A stretch of DNA of 64,000 bases, from contig NW_014569536.1 in NCBI RefSeq assembly GCF_000743755.1, positions 1 through 64,000 of the forward strand, given 5' to 3'. The position numbers and the translations under genes are program-made. Below the pieces are notes generated by a model. That model was not told the DNA's origin. It searched no databases and worked only from the letters and a program-made list of their open reading frames with translations. The DNA is from Blastocystis sp. subtype 4. Lineage: Eukaryota. The stretch's first letter is position 1. Each line of letters opens with the position of its first letter. Of this stretch, positions 1 through 12,168 are shown one piece after another.

Positions 1-246
1 ATGACTCATAGTTGATTCCGTAGTTGTTGTGAAGTGGCAGAAGAGGCATTAGTGAAACAATTGAAGCGAATTCGAGGTCTGAAGGATGTGAAATTGAGTT
101 TAGGAAGTGAATTGGTATTGTATAGAACAAAAGGAGAGAAGATTGAGAAGGAAAAGAAGAAGGAGGATATTCCAGTCTCTTCGTTAAGTGATAAGGACAT
201 TGAAACAGCGAAATTGAGATACTTACAACGAAAAGGATTGTTGTGA
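1..246 (+). CDS. 3' end of a gene truncated by the window; resembles the C-terminus of DEAH-box helicases of the DHX40/plant DEAH4 type
   Basis: Last exon FRSCCEVAEEALVKQLKRIRGLKDVKLS...IETAKLRYLQRKGLL*, similar to the 'ARERFLARK' tail; TGTTTGGT follows 2 nt after TGA. Confidence 0.4.
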
Positions 247-520
247 TATGTTTGGTTTTCCTTCATGAAGTGTGATTTCCTTTTGATTGAATACTCTTTG
301 GTTGTATTGAATCCTTTGAATCTCCCTTTCTATCCAATTGATAGAGGCCTCAGATCTCGTCATATCTTATTCTGGATTATTGGACAACTATTATTGGGAT
401 TCCAAAAATGTGTTACTACAAGTAGGGTTGCGGCATTGGGGATTGGGGATTTGGGCTAGTCGAAACTCCCAGGATGCCGCACACATTCCTTTCTCGCTCA
501 TTTTCCATTCACTTTTGGAA

Positions 521-2381
521 ATGGTACCAAAGAAGTCAAAAAGCAAGAGAAAGACAATTCGTCAGCAATATACAGCTCGAAAACTTGTGGTTTTGGGATA
601 AATGAATAACGAATAGTTCTTTGAGCGAAAGCGAAAGGCCAAAAAGCAAGAAAAGCGTGCTAGAAGAGCAGGAAAGATTATACCAAAGCAACGCGATCCT
701 GGTATTCCCAATAGTTGGCCATTCAAAGAGGAACTGTTACAAGAAGTTGGACTTTGTATGTTGAAGTCATTTTCTAGGCTCAGGATATGAAAGAAGAGCG
801 TGAAAGGCAAAAAGCACTTCTTCGTGAACAACGACGTTTGCAAAGGGTATGGATAGCTTGGAAGAGTAATAAGCAGATGAAAGAAGATGCTATTGAAAGA
901 GGAGAAGAAGTATCAGATTCTGAGGAGTCTGAAGAGACTGATGATCCTGGATTTCTCCCTCATGGAAGTGTAGCAGCTGTCCTAACACATGTACTAGTCA
1001 TTACTGAGATTTGATTTTAGATTATTGGTAATTCGGATGTGATTCTTGAAGTAGTTGATGCTCGTGATGCCATAGTAGGATTTTTGCTTACTTGATCATA
1101 ATAGAATTCTCGTTGTCTGTCTGTGGAAAAAGCATTAGCTACAGAAATGCCTGAGAAGGTTGTGATTCTGATTCTGAATAAAATCGATTTAGTTCCAAAG
1201 GAGATTCTTAAGCAAGTATTTCTATTGTTTCTTCTTCAGAGATAGACTATGAGGAATCTCTCTGGAGACATTCCAGTAATTCTCTGGAAATGTGGTCGTG
1301 AGGGAATGAAGAAGAAGCGACATGCGCATCAGAACCGTGAAATTGCAATTTCTCGGAATGCTCACAATACCGAGTTGGATTGCTTCTCCTTCGGTGTGGA
1401 CTACCTAATGAAATGTTTGAGAGCACTCCAGAAGCAGAAAGGAGAAGTGATGAGTGTTGGTGTAATTGGGTACCCAAAAGTGGGCCGCCACTCTGTAATC
1501 AAAGCAATCTGTGATGCATCATCATTATATCAAGTGGATCGACAGAATTATGATGACTTAAATGCTGTATGTTAATTGGTTGATTATGAAGTAGTTACGT
1601 CGAATTGACGAAAATATCCACTTATTTGTTCAACCAGGAGAAGTTGTTCTTCGTGAGAGAGAATTGGGTGTGAGCGATTATTTGTATAAGTGTTATGCTT
1701 ATGGTTACCAGAATCTAAAATATAAAGAATTGTGTGAGGATCTATTATGTGTTTGTCCCGCGACTTCAATCAGTTATTATTATAGAACAAGTTTATATGA
1801 TTCTTGTACGAATTATAAGAGAAATTGAAAGATAGTTGATGTGTTGATGACAAATTTGATGGAACGAAATAAGGAGAAAAGTGAAAGTGAGAATGAAGAA
1901 TGATAATTAGAGGATATTCGTCCATCTAGTATCTCCAAACAAATTGTTTATGATTGGTTGACAAATGAGTTGCCTCACTATGCTGAACCTGCGATCTGTC
2001 CTTTGGAAACTATGTGAGTGTTGAAGTGATGATTAATGAGGTAGAGACCGGGGTATGATTAAACAGTGGAAGGAGGGTATGGAGTATGAGAAGATTGCTG
2101 AAGAGATGATAAATGATTCGGCAATTGATCGTTATTGTTGTCCTGTAGCGGTTATGAGTACTGTTGAGTTGTAGAAATTGCCTCGTGTTATTGTCAGCAA
2201 GAACATCCATCCTACGGAGGAGATGTTGGATTATTCGTGTTTCCTTGTGGATAACGGAAGTGATGATGAAGAGGAAGGAGAAGAAGGAGATGAGGTGGAG
2301 GGAGACGAAGAGGAGGCAGAAGAAGGAAACGAAGAAGAGGGAAATATGGATATAGAAGAAGATGCTGCTTTACTGGAATGA
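521..2381 (+). CDS. GNL3: Nucleostemin/GNL3/Nug1-like circularly permuted GTPase (multi-exon)
   Basis: N-terminus MVPKKSKSKR...KQRDPGIPNSWPFKEELL; DVILEVVDARD; LILNKIDLVPKE; VGVIGYPKVGRHS; acidic tail; about 11 short introns. Confidence 0.85.
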
Positions 2382-2522
2382 TTCGTTTATTGGATTGTTT
2401 GTTCTATGTAGTCTTGTTTCTTTTTTGTAGGTTCCATTACAATGATACACAAACAGACTTATCAAACTGTGATCCTGAACAAATACACCAATACATCCAA
2501 ATACAACATCAAACAAACCAGT

Positions 2523-2820
2523 TCAACAACTACAAAGAATATCCACAAGCAATCGAGCATCATCACTCAAAAGTAACTGCACTATCTACAGAGTTACAAT
2601 TTGAAGCTATTTATACCTCTTCATCCAAGTTTTTCCTGATTTGAGTCAACAACTCATCCAACAAAGTCGGATCATCCATCAATCGTTTCTACAATAAGGA
2701 ATTCACCATAAATTCAACCTTTAAGAGTGGAGTTAAAGGATTCGTTTCTAACCATTGACGAACTGCCAGTTCTGCCTCCTTCCTTCCACTATCATCCACT
2801 AATACTTTCGGTGCATCCAT
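2523..2820 (-). CDS. Small helical protein, weakly similar to the Rad23 XPC-binding/STI1 domain (3 exons)
   Basis: Removing two ~30-nt GT-AG introns gives MDAPKVLVDDSGRKEAELAVRQWLETNPLTPLLK/KRLMDDPTLLDELLTQIRKNLDEE/IVQLLLSDDARLLVDILCSC*. Confidence 0.55.
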
Positions 2821-2866
2821 CCATCCAAGAAGGAATCAGGATAAAGATATATAAACAAACAAATCT

Positions 2867-5377
2867 CTATCTCTCTGTGGAAGGAATAAAACCACTAGGG
2901 TCTTGCATATCACGAGGTTGTAACAAGCGTTGTCGTTCAATATTCTTTGCTAATCGTACCTTCATCGTTGTAATGTGTTTAATGGCCTATCATTCACTAG
3001 CATATTCTATACTCACTTCCATATGCATATCCATCAAGATCGACAACTGTGTCTCCGAAGCCAGGTCCAGGTCAAGTCCAAGATACTGAGACACTGAGAC
3101 ACCAGTAGCGCGTGCTGAAGGATGAGACATATCCAGCACCCTCTATGCATTATGCTTTTGATCTACTCTCACTTGAAGTTCTTCACTTGAATAACTGCGA
3201 TTTGATCCATACTGAATAGAGTCTCCCTCAGGGAATGAAGAGAAATCCATCCAAGGTTCTCTTTCCAAACCCATTTCACGTTCTCTCCATTGTCCATAGT
3301 GTGTTTTTGGCCACCATTCATCATGAAGAGAGTTACTAATGGGTCCATATCCATAGTATCCACCATACCCCAAACCATAGTCAACAGACTCTCTGAATCC
3401 AGATGAAGGATTCAATCCAAGTGAATTGTGTGTATAATCGATAGAGAATGAACTAGATGGAAGAGTGGATGGTAGCATATCTGGTAATGGATAAGAATTT
3501 AGAGGAAGTGGCTCATTCTTTGGTTCACTTGGAATGTTAAGAATAGGAGTTTCATTTTGAACTCCAGTGGGAACAACAGGTGCTTCAATGGAAGGTGGAT
3601 TTGTGGATTTAAGAGGAAGTGACTTTTGGATCACTTGCTTGTAAGTAAGTTTTGATGTTACCATATTCTGATGTCTTGAACTATCTTCAGTTTTGATTGG
3701 TTTGGATTTCCTCTTTAGATGGTCTTCAGATACACTTTGAGAACGATTTTTCCTTCTCTTCTCACCAACTACAATCCATGTGTTATCAGAAGATTCAGGT
3801 ATGCTTCTTGTGATGTTCGGAGATGATTTCTCAGTCTTGTTATCTGAACTCTGTTCCTCTTCCTGAGTTGTGTTCTGTACTTCTACTGTCTCTTCTTGTA
3901 CTTTTTGCTTCTCATCAGATTCCTTCAATGTTTCCTCTTCCGTCTGAACTGAGGAGTCTTTCACTTCCTCAACAGTGTCCTTCTCTTGACCCGTAGCTTC
4001 CTTCTCTGGATTCGGAGTATCCTTCTCCTGATTTGATTCTTCCTTAACAGTACCCTTCTCCTGCTCCGATTCTCTCTTTTCCTCAACTACAGTAGCTGCC
4101 TTCTCACTCTCCTCCTTTGTCGGTGCCATCACCTCTCTCCCAGGACCCTCTCGTAACATTCCAAACACATCATACTGAGGAGGATCATAAGCAAGGAAGC
4201 GACGATGAGGATGTACCTCCCATGCTCTACGGAAGCAATTCTCACATAGATCATAATCCGAACATTCCTATCAATCATACAAACAGATTATCAAAAACCT
4301 GGCAACAATAGCGAATTCCAGAAATCTTCTTGTTATTGTTACAACTATCACATTTGTAATTTGGATGAATATGGTTTAATTCATTCTTCTTCTTCTTGTT
4401 CTTACGACCTTTCCTACTTCGTTTTCCACTATCAATCATCTTCATTCCAGTGAACTCACCTTTCAATGGAAGTATCATATCCTTCATCTCGCAACAATGC
4501 CTCCATCTCAACTCGTGCCTTCTCCTCCAATTCTTTCCACTTCTGCTCCAATACAATTGCACAGTCTGGATAACAATATTTCTCAGCCAACTGGAGAGGA
4601 GTTAATCCTCCAACGTCGCGCAGTGTACTATCAGCTCCGGCATTCAGAAGGAGTTTCACACAAGAAAGATTGCCATTAGAAGAAGCCACATGAAGGGCTG
4701 TTTGACCATCAACATCCTGTACATCTATGATTTTGGGGCATCTACTATAAATGCAATGGAGAGAATCTCACAACTTAATAATCTCTTCTGCCAACCGAGC
4801 ACGCGAATCCTCAGGACCCAAACAAGCTCCAATCAAACATGTTGTATCATTTACACTCATTGCACGAATCTCTGCCTTCTGACTCAGAAGATACATAAAG
4901 AAATCATAGTTTCCAGAATAACAGCTCCAAAGCAAAGGAGTCTCTTCATATAATCAACCATACCAATAACTAACCTCCTAATACATTGCATTGATTGATG
5001 AGTTTTCGATTCTTCTCAAGAATTATCTTTCCAATCTTCACATTCCCTCCCTAATCGATTACTCCATCCCTATACCCAAATACCTTTGCTGCAAAGAAGA
5101 GTGGTGTATTGTTCTTGTTCAATGTCACAGTGCTTACACTACAGTCTCTCTTGATCAGTTCTTCTACGATCTTCTCATGTCCCTCAGAAGCAGCAATCAT
5201 CAAAGCCGAAAATCCATCCGAATCCGTTTGGTTCACATTAGCTCTTCCTTCATTCAACATTTTTACCATTGTATCGTAGTCTCCATCAGCAACAGCAGAA
5301 AAGAATGCATCCGCGTCTGCCATCGATACTTTTTCATATCGGATACTAACTTCACCGCTATAGTTCACAGCATCCAT
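2867..5377 (-). CDS. Ankyrin-repeat protein with ZZ-type zinc finger and low-complexity C-terminal half
   Basis: Ankyrin motifs (DGFSALMIAASEG, TPLFFAAK, GLTPLQLA); HIHPNYKCDSC...GIRYCCQ/ECSDYDLCENC; TAG followed by TGTTTGTT at 2854-2861. Confidence 0.8.
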
Positions 5378-5473
5378 TGATATGCGATTATCTCAAGTTC
5401 TAAGAATTGGGGTTACCGATTTTCGGTCCCCAATTCCTCTTTTCTTCGCTTCACATCTACGGATTCATATCCC

Positions 5474-6858
5474 ATGAAACAACTATTATTTTACGTACTG
5501 AATGATCTTGAACCTATTAATCTTGTTTTGTTCAATTGTCGCTTCTGATATTGGAGGCAAAGCATGTAGGGATTGCGAAGAGTTGTTAATGAAGGTAATA
5601 AGAACATCCACTGTGGTATTCCAGCAGCAGATCTGGAACAATCACGCGAAGTGACAGATTCACTTTCAGGACAATGTGTGTAAGATATTGAAGAATTCAT
5701 TCACTTCTAGCAAAGGTAAATGTGTGTGTTATGAAGGATTTGGGTGCACCAACTGTGGAGGTCGCATGATTTTGGACGAAAACAACGAATACACTACAAT
5801 TCGTTCCATGTTATTTGATCCATCCCAGACGGTAGACATTTGCTCAGTTGAATGGGGTGGTGGTTACTGTACTGATGATGATGAATGCAACGGGAAAGGA
5901 TTGTGTATCGAGAACCAATGTGTCTGTTATAGCAACTGGTTGTGTCCTTATTGTCAGATGGGACTGAATGAGGACATTTTGATAGGTGCTACATGTGGTG
6001 ACTATGTGCATGGAGGAGGAAAGTGCACTATGGATGCAGATTGTAGTGGGAATGGAATTTGTCTTGAAGGGAAGTGTATGTGTAATTCTGGGTATGTTTG
6101 TTCCTATTGTTCTTCATTGGCTTCAGATATTATTAGTGGGAGTAGGTATTGTAGGTCACTATCAGCGATAGAATCAACGTGCCCCTGTAGCAATATCAAT
6201 TGTGGCAAACATGGAATGTGTCAAAATGGTCAATGTATTTGTGATCCAGGATACAAAGGATCCACTTGTTCTGTCAATGTATGAATTCGATCGTTTCATG
6301 AGATAGATCTGTGATTCGTTAGATTGTGGTGAACATGGAATCTGTTCAACTGCTCTCGGTGGAGTATGTCTTTGTGATGAAGGGTAACGTCGTGAATGGT
6401 TCCTAATACGCAGATATTCTGGTACATTATGTGATACGCAGCCTTCAGGAGGAACAACTTGTGAAACTAGTCAGGATTGCGGAAATGGAGTAGGAGGAAT
6501 CTGTAATCCTACTACCCACACTTGTGAGTGTTATAAGGGCTGGACATGTCCAAAATGTGATAAGATTGGATCGGAATGCAATGCACTTGCTCAAATCCAT
6601 GGTGGTGGTAGTTGTACCAAGAATGCGGATTGTGGAAATTTCGGTCCTGACTATAATAACCCAGAAAAGACGGGTGGAAAGTGTGAAGGAGGTATGTGTG
6701 TCTGTTTTGATGGTTATACTTGTCCTCATTGTACAACTGCTGGAAATCCAGAATCGGTGGTGAATGGCAATTTGGTGTGTAAAGATGGAGCTACAAGGGG
6801 TGTTGTAAGTGTATTCCTTGTTCTTGCAGCATTGGTGTTGATTCAGCTGGAAATGTAA
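5474..6858 (+). CDS. Secreted or surface Cys-rich EGF/tenascin-like repeat protein with hydrophobic C-terminus (possible GPI anchor)
   Basis: Repeated GGxCxxDxDCxGxGxCxxGxCxCxxGWxCPxC units; ends GVVSVFLVLAALVLIQLEM*. Confidence 0.8.
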
Positions 6859-6934
6859 ACATGTGTGTGTCTAATTGGATAAGAATTCAATTGTTTGTTG
6901 GAGACGCCATTCATTCTTTTGTATTGACGCAGTT

Positions 6935-8306
6935 ATGATAGCGAAACTACAGAAGGTACTCAAGAAACTACCCAAGTCTATTGATGAGTATGTAGTAGGA
7001 CTTGATTTCAAATCTCAGCTCTTAGCGTACAGTTACTCTATTGTCTGATTCCGACTTTTACCCCACTTCTCTCCAAGCTTGCCAGCGAGTTCCAGAATAC
7101 CAGAGTATCTTACAACGATTTTTTGATGGTAAATTGCTGTTGATGGAGGATATTGAAAGAGGATGTTCCCTTTGTTACGGGGAATGCACTTAAGTATTGG
7201 ACCGAAGGTTTGCGAGAACGTGTTCATTTACTATCAAATGTCATTTATTACAGATTTATGTCATGAAATAGGCAGATCATCAAGTAATCGAGTTTTCACG
7301 GGATGAAGTGATTCAAATGATGAGTTGTATGACTCTTGGTTGTTTCGATGGTGGAATGAAACAGGTGAATTTTCTTCAGTGGCAATCCAATTATGTTAAC
7401 AAGGATGGAGGTTGTAATTTCTAGGAATGTGATAACTTCCTTCTGATGGAGGAATATCTCCATCAAATGCGATCCTATCCTCGCTTACAGGAAAAGGTTA
7501 TCATTGAAACGAAGAATCTAACGAATCCAGAGACAATAGACTCTCTAATCTCTTCCAGTGTCCCTCTTACATCTCTAAATAGTGAACTAGTCAAACGCAT
7601 TGAAGATGTACCTAAGCATGCATTTATTGACTTTGCCAATAAGTATATTGGCGGTAGCTCTCTTCTAGGTGCCTCAGCCCAAGAAGAAATTCTCTTTTCC
7701 ATATTCCCAGAGTGTTGTTTGAGCTGTACCTTCTGCAATGTGATGACAAATACTCAAGCGATCATAATACGGGGATGTGTCCGCATTGGAACCTATACTG
7801 GTTATGGAGGATCCTTTAAGTATCTGGGACCATTTGAAGCAGCTAGTTCACTTCCTTCGGAGGTGATTGCTATCGATGCAAATCCCTGTGGACACTTACA
7901 ATTTGAGGATAATATGATTCTACGAGATATTAATAAAGCATTTTGTGGTTTTTCATTGGCTGGTGAGGAAATGGATGGCATTGCCTCTGGTAAGTGGGGT
8001 TGTGGAGTATTTGGAGGGAATCCCTATCTGAAGGTCCTTCAACAGTGGATCGCTGCTTCTCTTGCTGGGAAAGATGTAGTTGTAAAGATACTGACTGAAG
8101 AATAGATTGTAATTACTCTCTTCAATGATCTGCAACTGAAGAAGTTTATCGATGGTCTACACGAGGCGAATCTATCTACTGTGGGAGATGTTGCTTCTAT
8201 TCATATCCTTAAGTCAGCAATCTCGAGTGTTCTTTCATTCTACTCTTTGAAGCAGCAAAACGTGATCCTCATAATTACGAAAATGAAGTTTTATCGTTAT
8301 TACATT
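6935..8306 (+). CDS. PARG: Poly(ADP-ribose) glycohydrolase
   Basis: IDFANKYIGGSSLLGASAQEEILF, YTGYG, AIDA, RDINKAFCGF, ASGKWGCGVFGG, LKVLQQWIAAS. The 3' end is uncertain. Confidence 0.88.
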
Positions 8307-8355
8307 GCTTTGTTTGTTTGTATCCCTCATTTCTTCGTCTGATGAACGACGACAA

Positions 8356-9358
8356 ATGGAAAAGGAAATTAGAGAAGCAGTTGCACGACTTCAGCGAATT
8401 GAGGCAGAGTTAGGAGAACCATCAGAAGAACCTACCAAATCTGACGACAACGAAGAAGAACCATTCGAGTACTCACAACGAATTCTTCTCTCCGATATTC
8501 AAGAGTTGAAGGAGCTGATTGCTTTACGAGATAAAGAGTCTCTTGTATGCACCAATCGACGAAGGGTCATTGAATTAAATGCAAGAATCTATCGAGAAAT
8601 GAAGCAAGTCATGGAAATCTATAATCAAGCGCATGATGGCCTACAGAAAGAAATAAACTCCAGGAGAGGAAGAAAGGTGACCACTTGTGTTTTAACTAAG
8701 CTCTAGAAGCTATCTGAAAAAGAAATTGAAAAACGCGAAGAAGCCTTAACCATCATTCTGGCACAACTCAAACAACTGCAATCCAAAGCAGATGAAAATC
8801 ATGCAACAGATCGTAGGTATAGATTTTTTTTATAACCACAGGTTATATTGAAGCCAATGGATCGGATCATCTCTTACCAATCCTCACAGTTCTTCCAAAT
8901 ACTCCACTATCCTATGACAATGGTGAGTCATCAAGGATGATATGATATCTAGATAAACTTGATGTGAAAGAAGCCATTGAATATGCAGAAGACGAATTGA
9001 CGGAAAAACAGAAAGCATCCCTTCAGATATACGAAAAGAATAAGCAGAGTATTGATCGGATTCTCGATGCCATGAGTGAAGGTTTGACTGAACTCAAAGT
9101 GGGTCTCTCTCGTTCCTAGAACTGTAGAATCATGCGGATATAATGGGAAACGAGATTGAAAAACAGAATCAAATCCTTCAAGAATTGGACACCGTTGTTG
9201 ACGGTACCACTGAACACATTCGACGAAATCGAGAAACACTTCAGCGACATTCTAAAAAACATTCAAACAAGAACTGTGGTATGTACATGTGTTGTACAAT
9301 CATGATTCTTATCATGGTCATTGTCATCCTAAACATGCTCCGTAGTGCATTCACATGA
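8356..9358 (+). CDS. Qc-SNARE, SYP7/syntaxin-71-like
   Basis: Coiled-coil N-terminus; SNARE motif MGNEIEKQNQILQELDTVVD; C-terminal transmembrane segment CCTIMILIMVIVILNML. Confidence 0.75.
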
Positions 9359-9380
9359 TAGCTGTTTATAACAAACACAT

Positions 9381-10682
9381 TCATCCCCTCGCAACTCCAA
9401 AAGCAACCAAGGCAGCTCCAATACAAGAACCATCATCCGCTAAACCAATATCAATATCAGGTCTTCCCAGCTCCTCCAAGGCGTTGTTTACCCATTCCTG
9501 GTAATGTGGCATGTATTTGTAAACACTTCCATCCACTCCAACAGTACATCCCTTATATTCATCTCCCATATGAGCATAAATGGCATGAACAAAAGAAGCC
9601 ATCAATCGTGCCGAACGTAACACAATCGAATGGACAATGGACTTAATCGTTTTACGATCTTCTAATGAACTGTTCACAATATGGAACTGATTAAGAATAC
9701 GATCAACCTCCTCCAAGTTGGAACCATCATCTCCCAGAATCACTGAACAGTATTTCGAATCAAAACTCAATGGTTTAGTGAAAAAGTCTTCTTTCCCATC
9801 ACTTTCCTTAAAGAGCTGCTTCTGATGGTACAAATACACACTCCAACGGCGAGTCAATTCACCTAGATAGAAACCAGACATCATCTTTTCTAAGCGTTGA
9901 TGGCCTGGATTTGGAGTGATTGGGTCCAACTCCAAGTCAAACGGAGTTTGAGGAAGAATGGAAGGATTGCCATCACCAGTTGCTCCACACTCCATATTGA
10001 TAATCATTTTCCCTGTCTTTGAATCAACATGTGTCTTAGTAATGCGACTCACATTCTCCATGTAAGCAGCATTACAACCCGTTCCCAAAATGATACCTAC
10101 AGCTGTTTTTGGGTCACTATAGGAACGTGAGATTAGCGTACCCACAGTATCATTACAAATAGCTGTTACTCGGAGATGGAGATTGCGTTCCATCAGGGCT
10201 CTTTCAAGAAGCTCCACAGTATCCTCTCCTACACATCCACTTGCAGAGAATCCCTTTGTCCAAATTACCAGCTTCGAATGGTTAATGCTGGTCTGTTCCG
10301 AAGGGAAAGAAAAGGTAAATCCAAGTGGTAAGTTATCGTCTGGATTCGCTTCCTTGATGCAATCGGCTAAAAACCCAAACACTTGTGATGCTGTGCCAGA
10401 CATATATTCTGGTGGGAATGCATGCTTCACTTCCTTAACTACTTCTAGTACACCATTTCCTCGTAGATCAAATGTCGTAACACGAACATTGCTTCCTCCC
10501 ATATCCAAGGCCATCACATAACCTTGCTCCATTCCACTGCAAACGCTGTCAACGAAAGATGGAAGCATTTTGAGATCGGATGTCTCCCCCTTCAAACCTT
10601 TGTCCATTTGATCCTGAACATATGCAGAAATCTCTAGCATACGCTCGACAGATATATTGCAAATCGTTTCCAGTTCTTCCAT
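9381..10682 (-). CDS. HK: Hexokinase (intronless)
   Basis: LKMLPSFV, LDMGGSNVRV, LPLGFTFSFP, WTKGF, NDTVGTL, ILGTGCNAAYME, EKMMSGFYLGE, DGSVY, DGSCIGAA. Confidence 0.95.
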   Translation of the reverse strand: MEELETICNISVERMLEISAYVQDQMDKGLKGETSDLKMLPSFVDSVCSGMEQGYVMALDMGGSNVRVTTFDLRGNGVLEVVKEVKHAFPPEYMSGTASQVFGFLADCIKEANPDDNLPLGFTFSFPSEQTSINHSKLVIWTKGFSASGCVGEDTVELLERALMERNLHLRVTAICNDTVGTLISRSYSDPKTAVGIILGTGCNAAYMENVSRITKTHVDSKTGKMIINMECGATGDGNPSILPQTPFDLELDPITPNPGHQRLEKMMSGFYLGELTRRWSVYLYHQKQLFKESDGKEDFFTKPLSFDSKYCSVILGDDGSNLEEVDRILNQFHIVNSSLEDRKTIKSIVHSIVLRSARLMASFVHAIYAHMGDEYKGCTVGVDGSVYKYMPHYQEWVNNALEELGRPDIDIGLADDGSCIGAALVAFGVARG

Positions 10683-10922
10683 AATGAGTATGATCAAATT
10701 GTTTTCGTTGTTATCCTGCCGAATGCAAATAGTGACAAATCTAATATGAACGGAAACTAATTTGCTGAGAAGTAAACAAGCGTAATGATAGAAAGAGTGA
10801 ACACCAGATAAACCCATTTATTGCAATGAAACTTCGATTCCAACAACAATGAATATTGTTCAAACAGTCACTTTTATGCATGATAACATTATCCCATTTT
10901 TCTATCGGCTATCAAATATCCT

Positions 10923-11882
10923 TTAGAATAAGGGTTCAGCATCATCTTTAGTCCAAATTCTGATTCTCTCAGGTTGCTTGGAAAAGTCTAATTGATGAGG
11001 ATCTTTGTGATGATGACAAAATTGATTTAAGTGTACAGGCGAAAACGTATTGGGAACGTCTGGATGAGTACGAGAACAGACTTCTTGAAATGGAGGATCC
11101 ATTCTCAATACTATGACCCCAGTATCTTCTTCTGGTGTACTATCCGCTTTCATCAATAGTTCTACGAATTGGTTCTCAATGTTACTGGCTCGCCTCAGAG
11201 GTTTGTCACTAATAACATCAGAAGAATATGTGACGATTGGAGATGGAAATGTATTACGTTTGAAGAGAGGCATTCGTACAGGAAACGAAACAGATTCTTT
11301 GACATTCTGTTTTTCAGTAAGAACAGGTTCGGAAATATCTCGTTTCAGAACTTCTTTTCGTTGTGTTTCATCAATCTCTTCTTCACTAATGGTAGAGAGT
11401 ACTGACAGTCTGGGAACAACTGGCTTGTGACAACGAATTCTTCTTGGATGCTCAGAGCTAGGAACACCTGATTCCTCCTCTTCCTTCTCAGTGGACGTCT
11501 TGCTTAATAATGCTTCCATATTCATTATGGTTTGACAGAAAAGGTCCTTAAAACTGTATTCTGGCACATGATCCAACGAATACTCGTCTTGAGGAGTGCT
11601 AGAGATCAAAGACAATGGAGAGTATGACATAGTGGAAAGTCCAGCTGGTCCATCTTGGTTTGAGAAATGAGGTACCGTTCTGGGTAAATGTAATGACAAT
11701 CCTTTGGTGGGGACGGATACATGATCATTCACTCGTGGAAGACTCTCTGGAGGCGTAATTTCAAAAGAGAGAGTCTGAGAAGACAATGGAAAAAGGCGAG
11801 TGGATGGATGAAGACTGTCGGAAGATGACGTGCTTGTAGAAATACATATCACACAGCTGTTATTATCAGTAACAGGATCCAT
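10923..11882 (-). CDS. Hypothetical Ser/Pro-rich protein (intronless)
   Basis: About 319-aa uninterrupted ORF from MDPVTDNN; no family recognised. Confidence 0.6.
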   Translation of the reverse strand: MDPVTDNNSCVICISTSTSSSDSLHPSTRLFPLSSQTLSFEITPPESLPRVNDHVSVPTKGLSLHLPRTVPHFSNQDGPAGLSTMSYSPLSLISSTPQDEYSLDHVPEYSFKDLFCQTIMNMEALLSKTSTEKEEEESGVPSSEHPRRIRCHKPVVPRLSVLSTISEEEIDETQRKEVLKRDISEPVLTEKQNVKESVSFPVRMPLFKRNTFPSPIVTYSSDVISDKPLRRASNIENQFVELLMKADSTPEEDTGVIVLRMDPPFQEVCSRTHPDVPNTFSPVHLNQFCHHHKDPHQLDFSKQPERIRIWTKDDAEPLF

Positions 11883-12168
11883 TGTTGCCTCTGAATGAGA
11901 TATCTGCAATTGACCCAATTCGATCCAGTATTACTTGTCGGCGAGCCATTGAGTCGTTAAGGGTAGAGGTACAGTTGTTGGTGGATCGGTATCAATTCAA
12001 TAAAACACACCTTCAGATTATGACTTTCAGTCTCCTATACTTGTGCACGATCCAAATTGCACAAATGCAGTAGCGATAAAAGAAAACTAAATAAAAGGAT
12101 ACACTTTGACAAGTCCGTCATTATCAAGATAGAACCGTGGGTATTATGTAAAGAGAAACAAACAGGGA

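Noticed and set aside
521..2381. Apparent frameshifts and stops suggesting pseudogenes or an alternative genetic code
   Set aside because: The interruptions resolve as ~30-nt GT-AG introns under the standard code.
3083..3103. Short direct repeat CTGAGACA x2 as a target-site duplication
   Set aside because: It lies in coding sequence (VSVSQ), with no transposon features nearby.
7643..7690. PARG GGS in place of GGG as a sign of inactivity
   Set aside because: The catalytic QEE and other motifs are intact; one substitution is not enough evidence.
10183..10521. Antisense ORFs (also 7475-7738, 24298-24612, 36220-36606 and others)
   Set aside because: Shadows of well-conserved genes on the opposite strand, with no independent signals.
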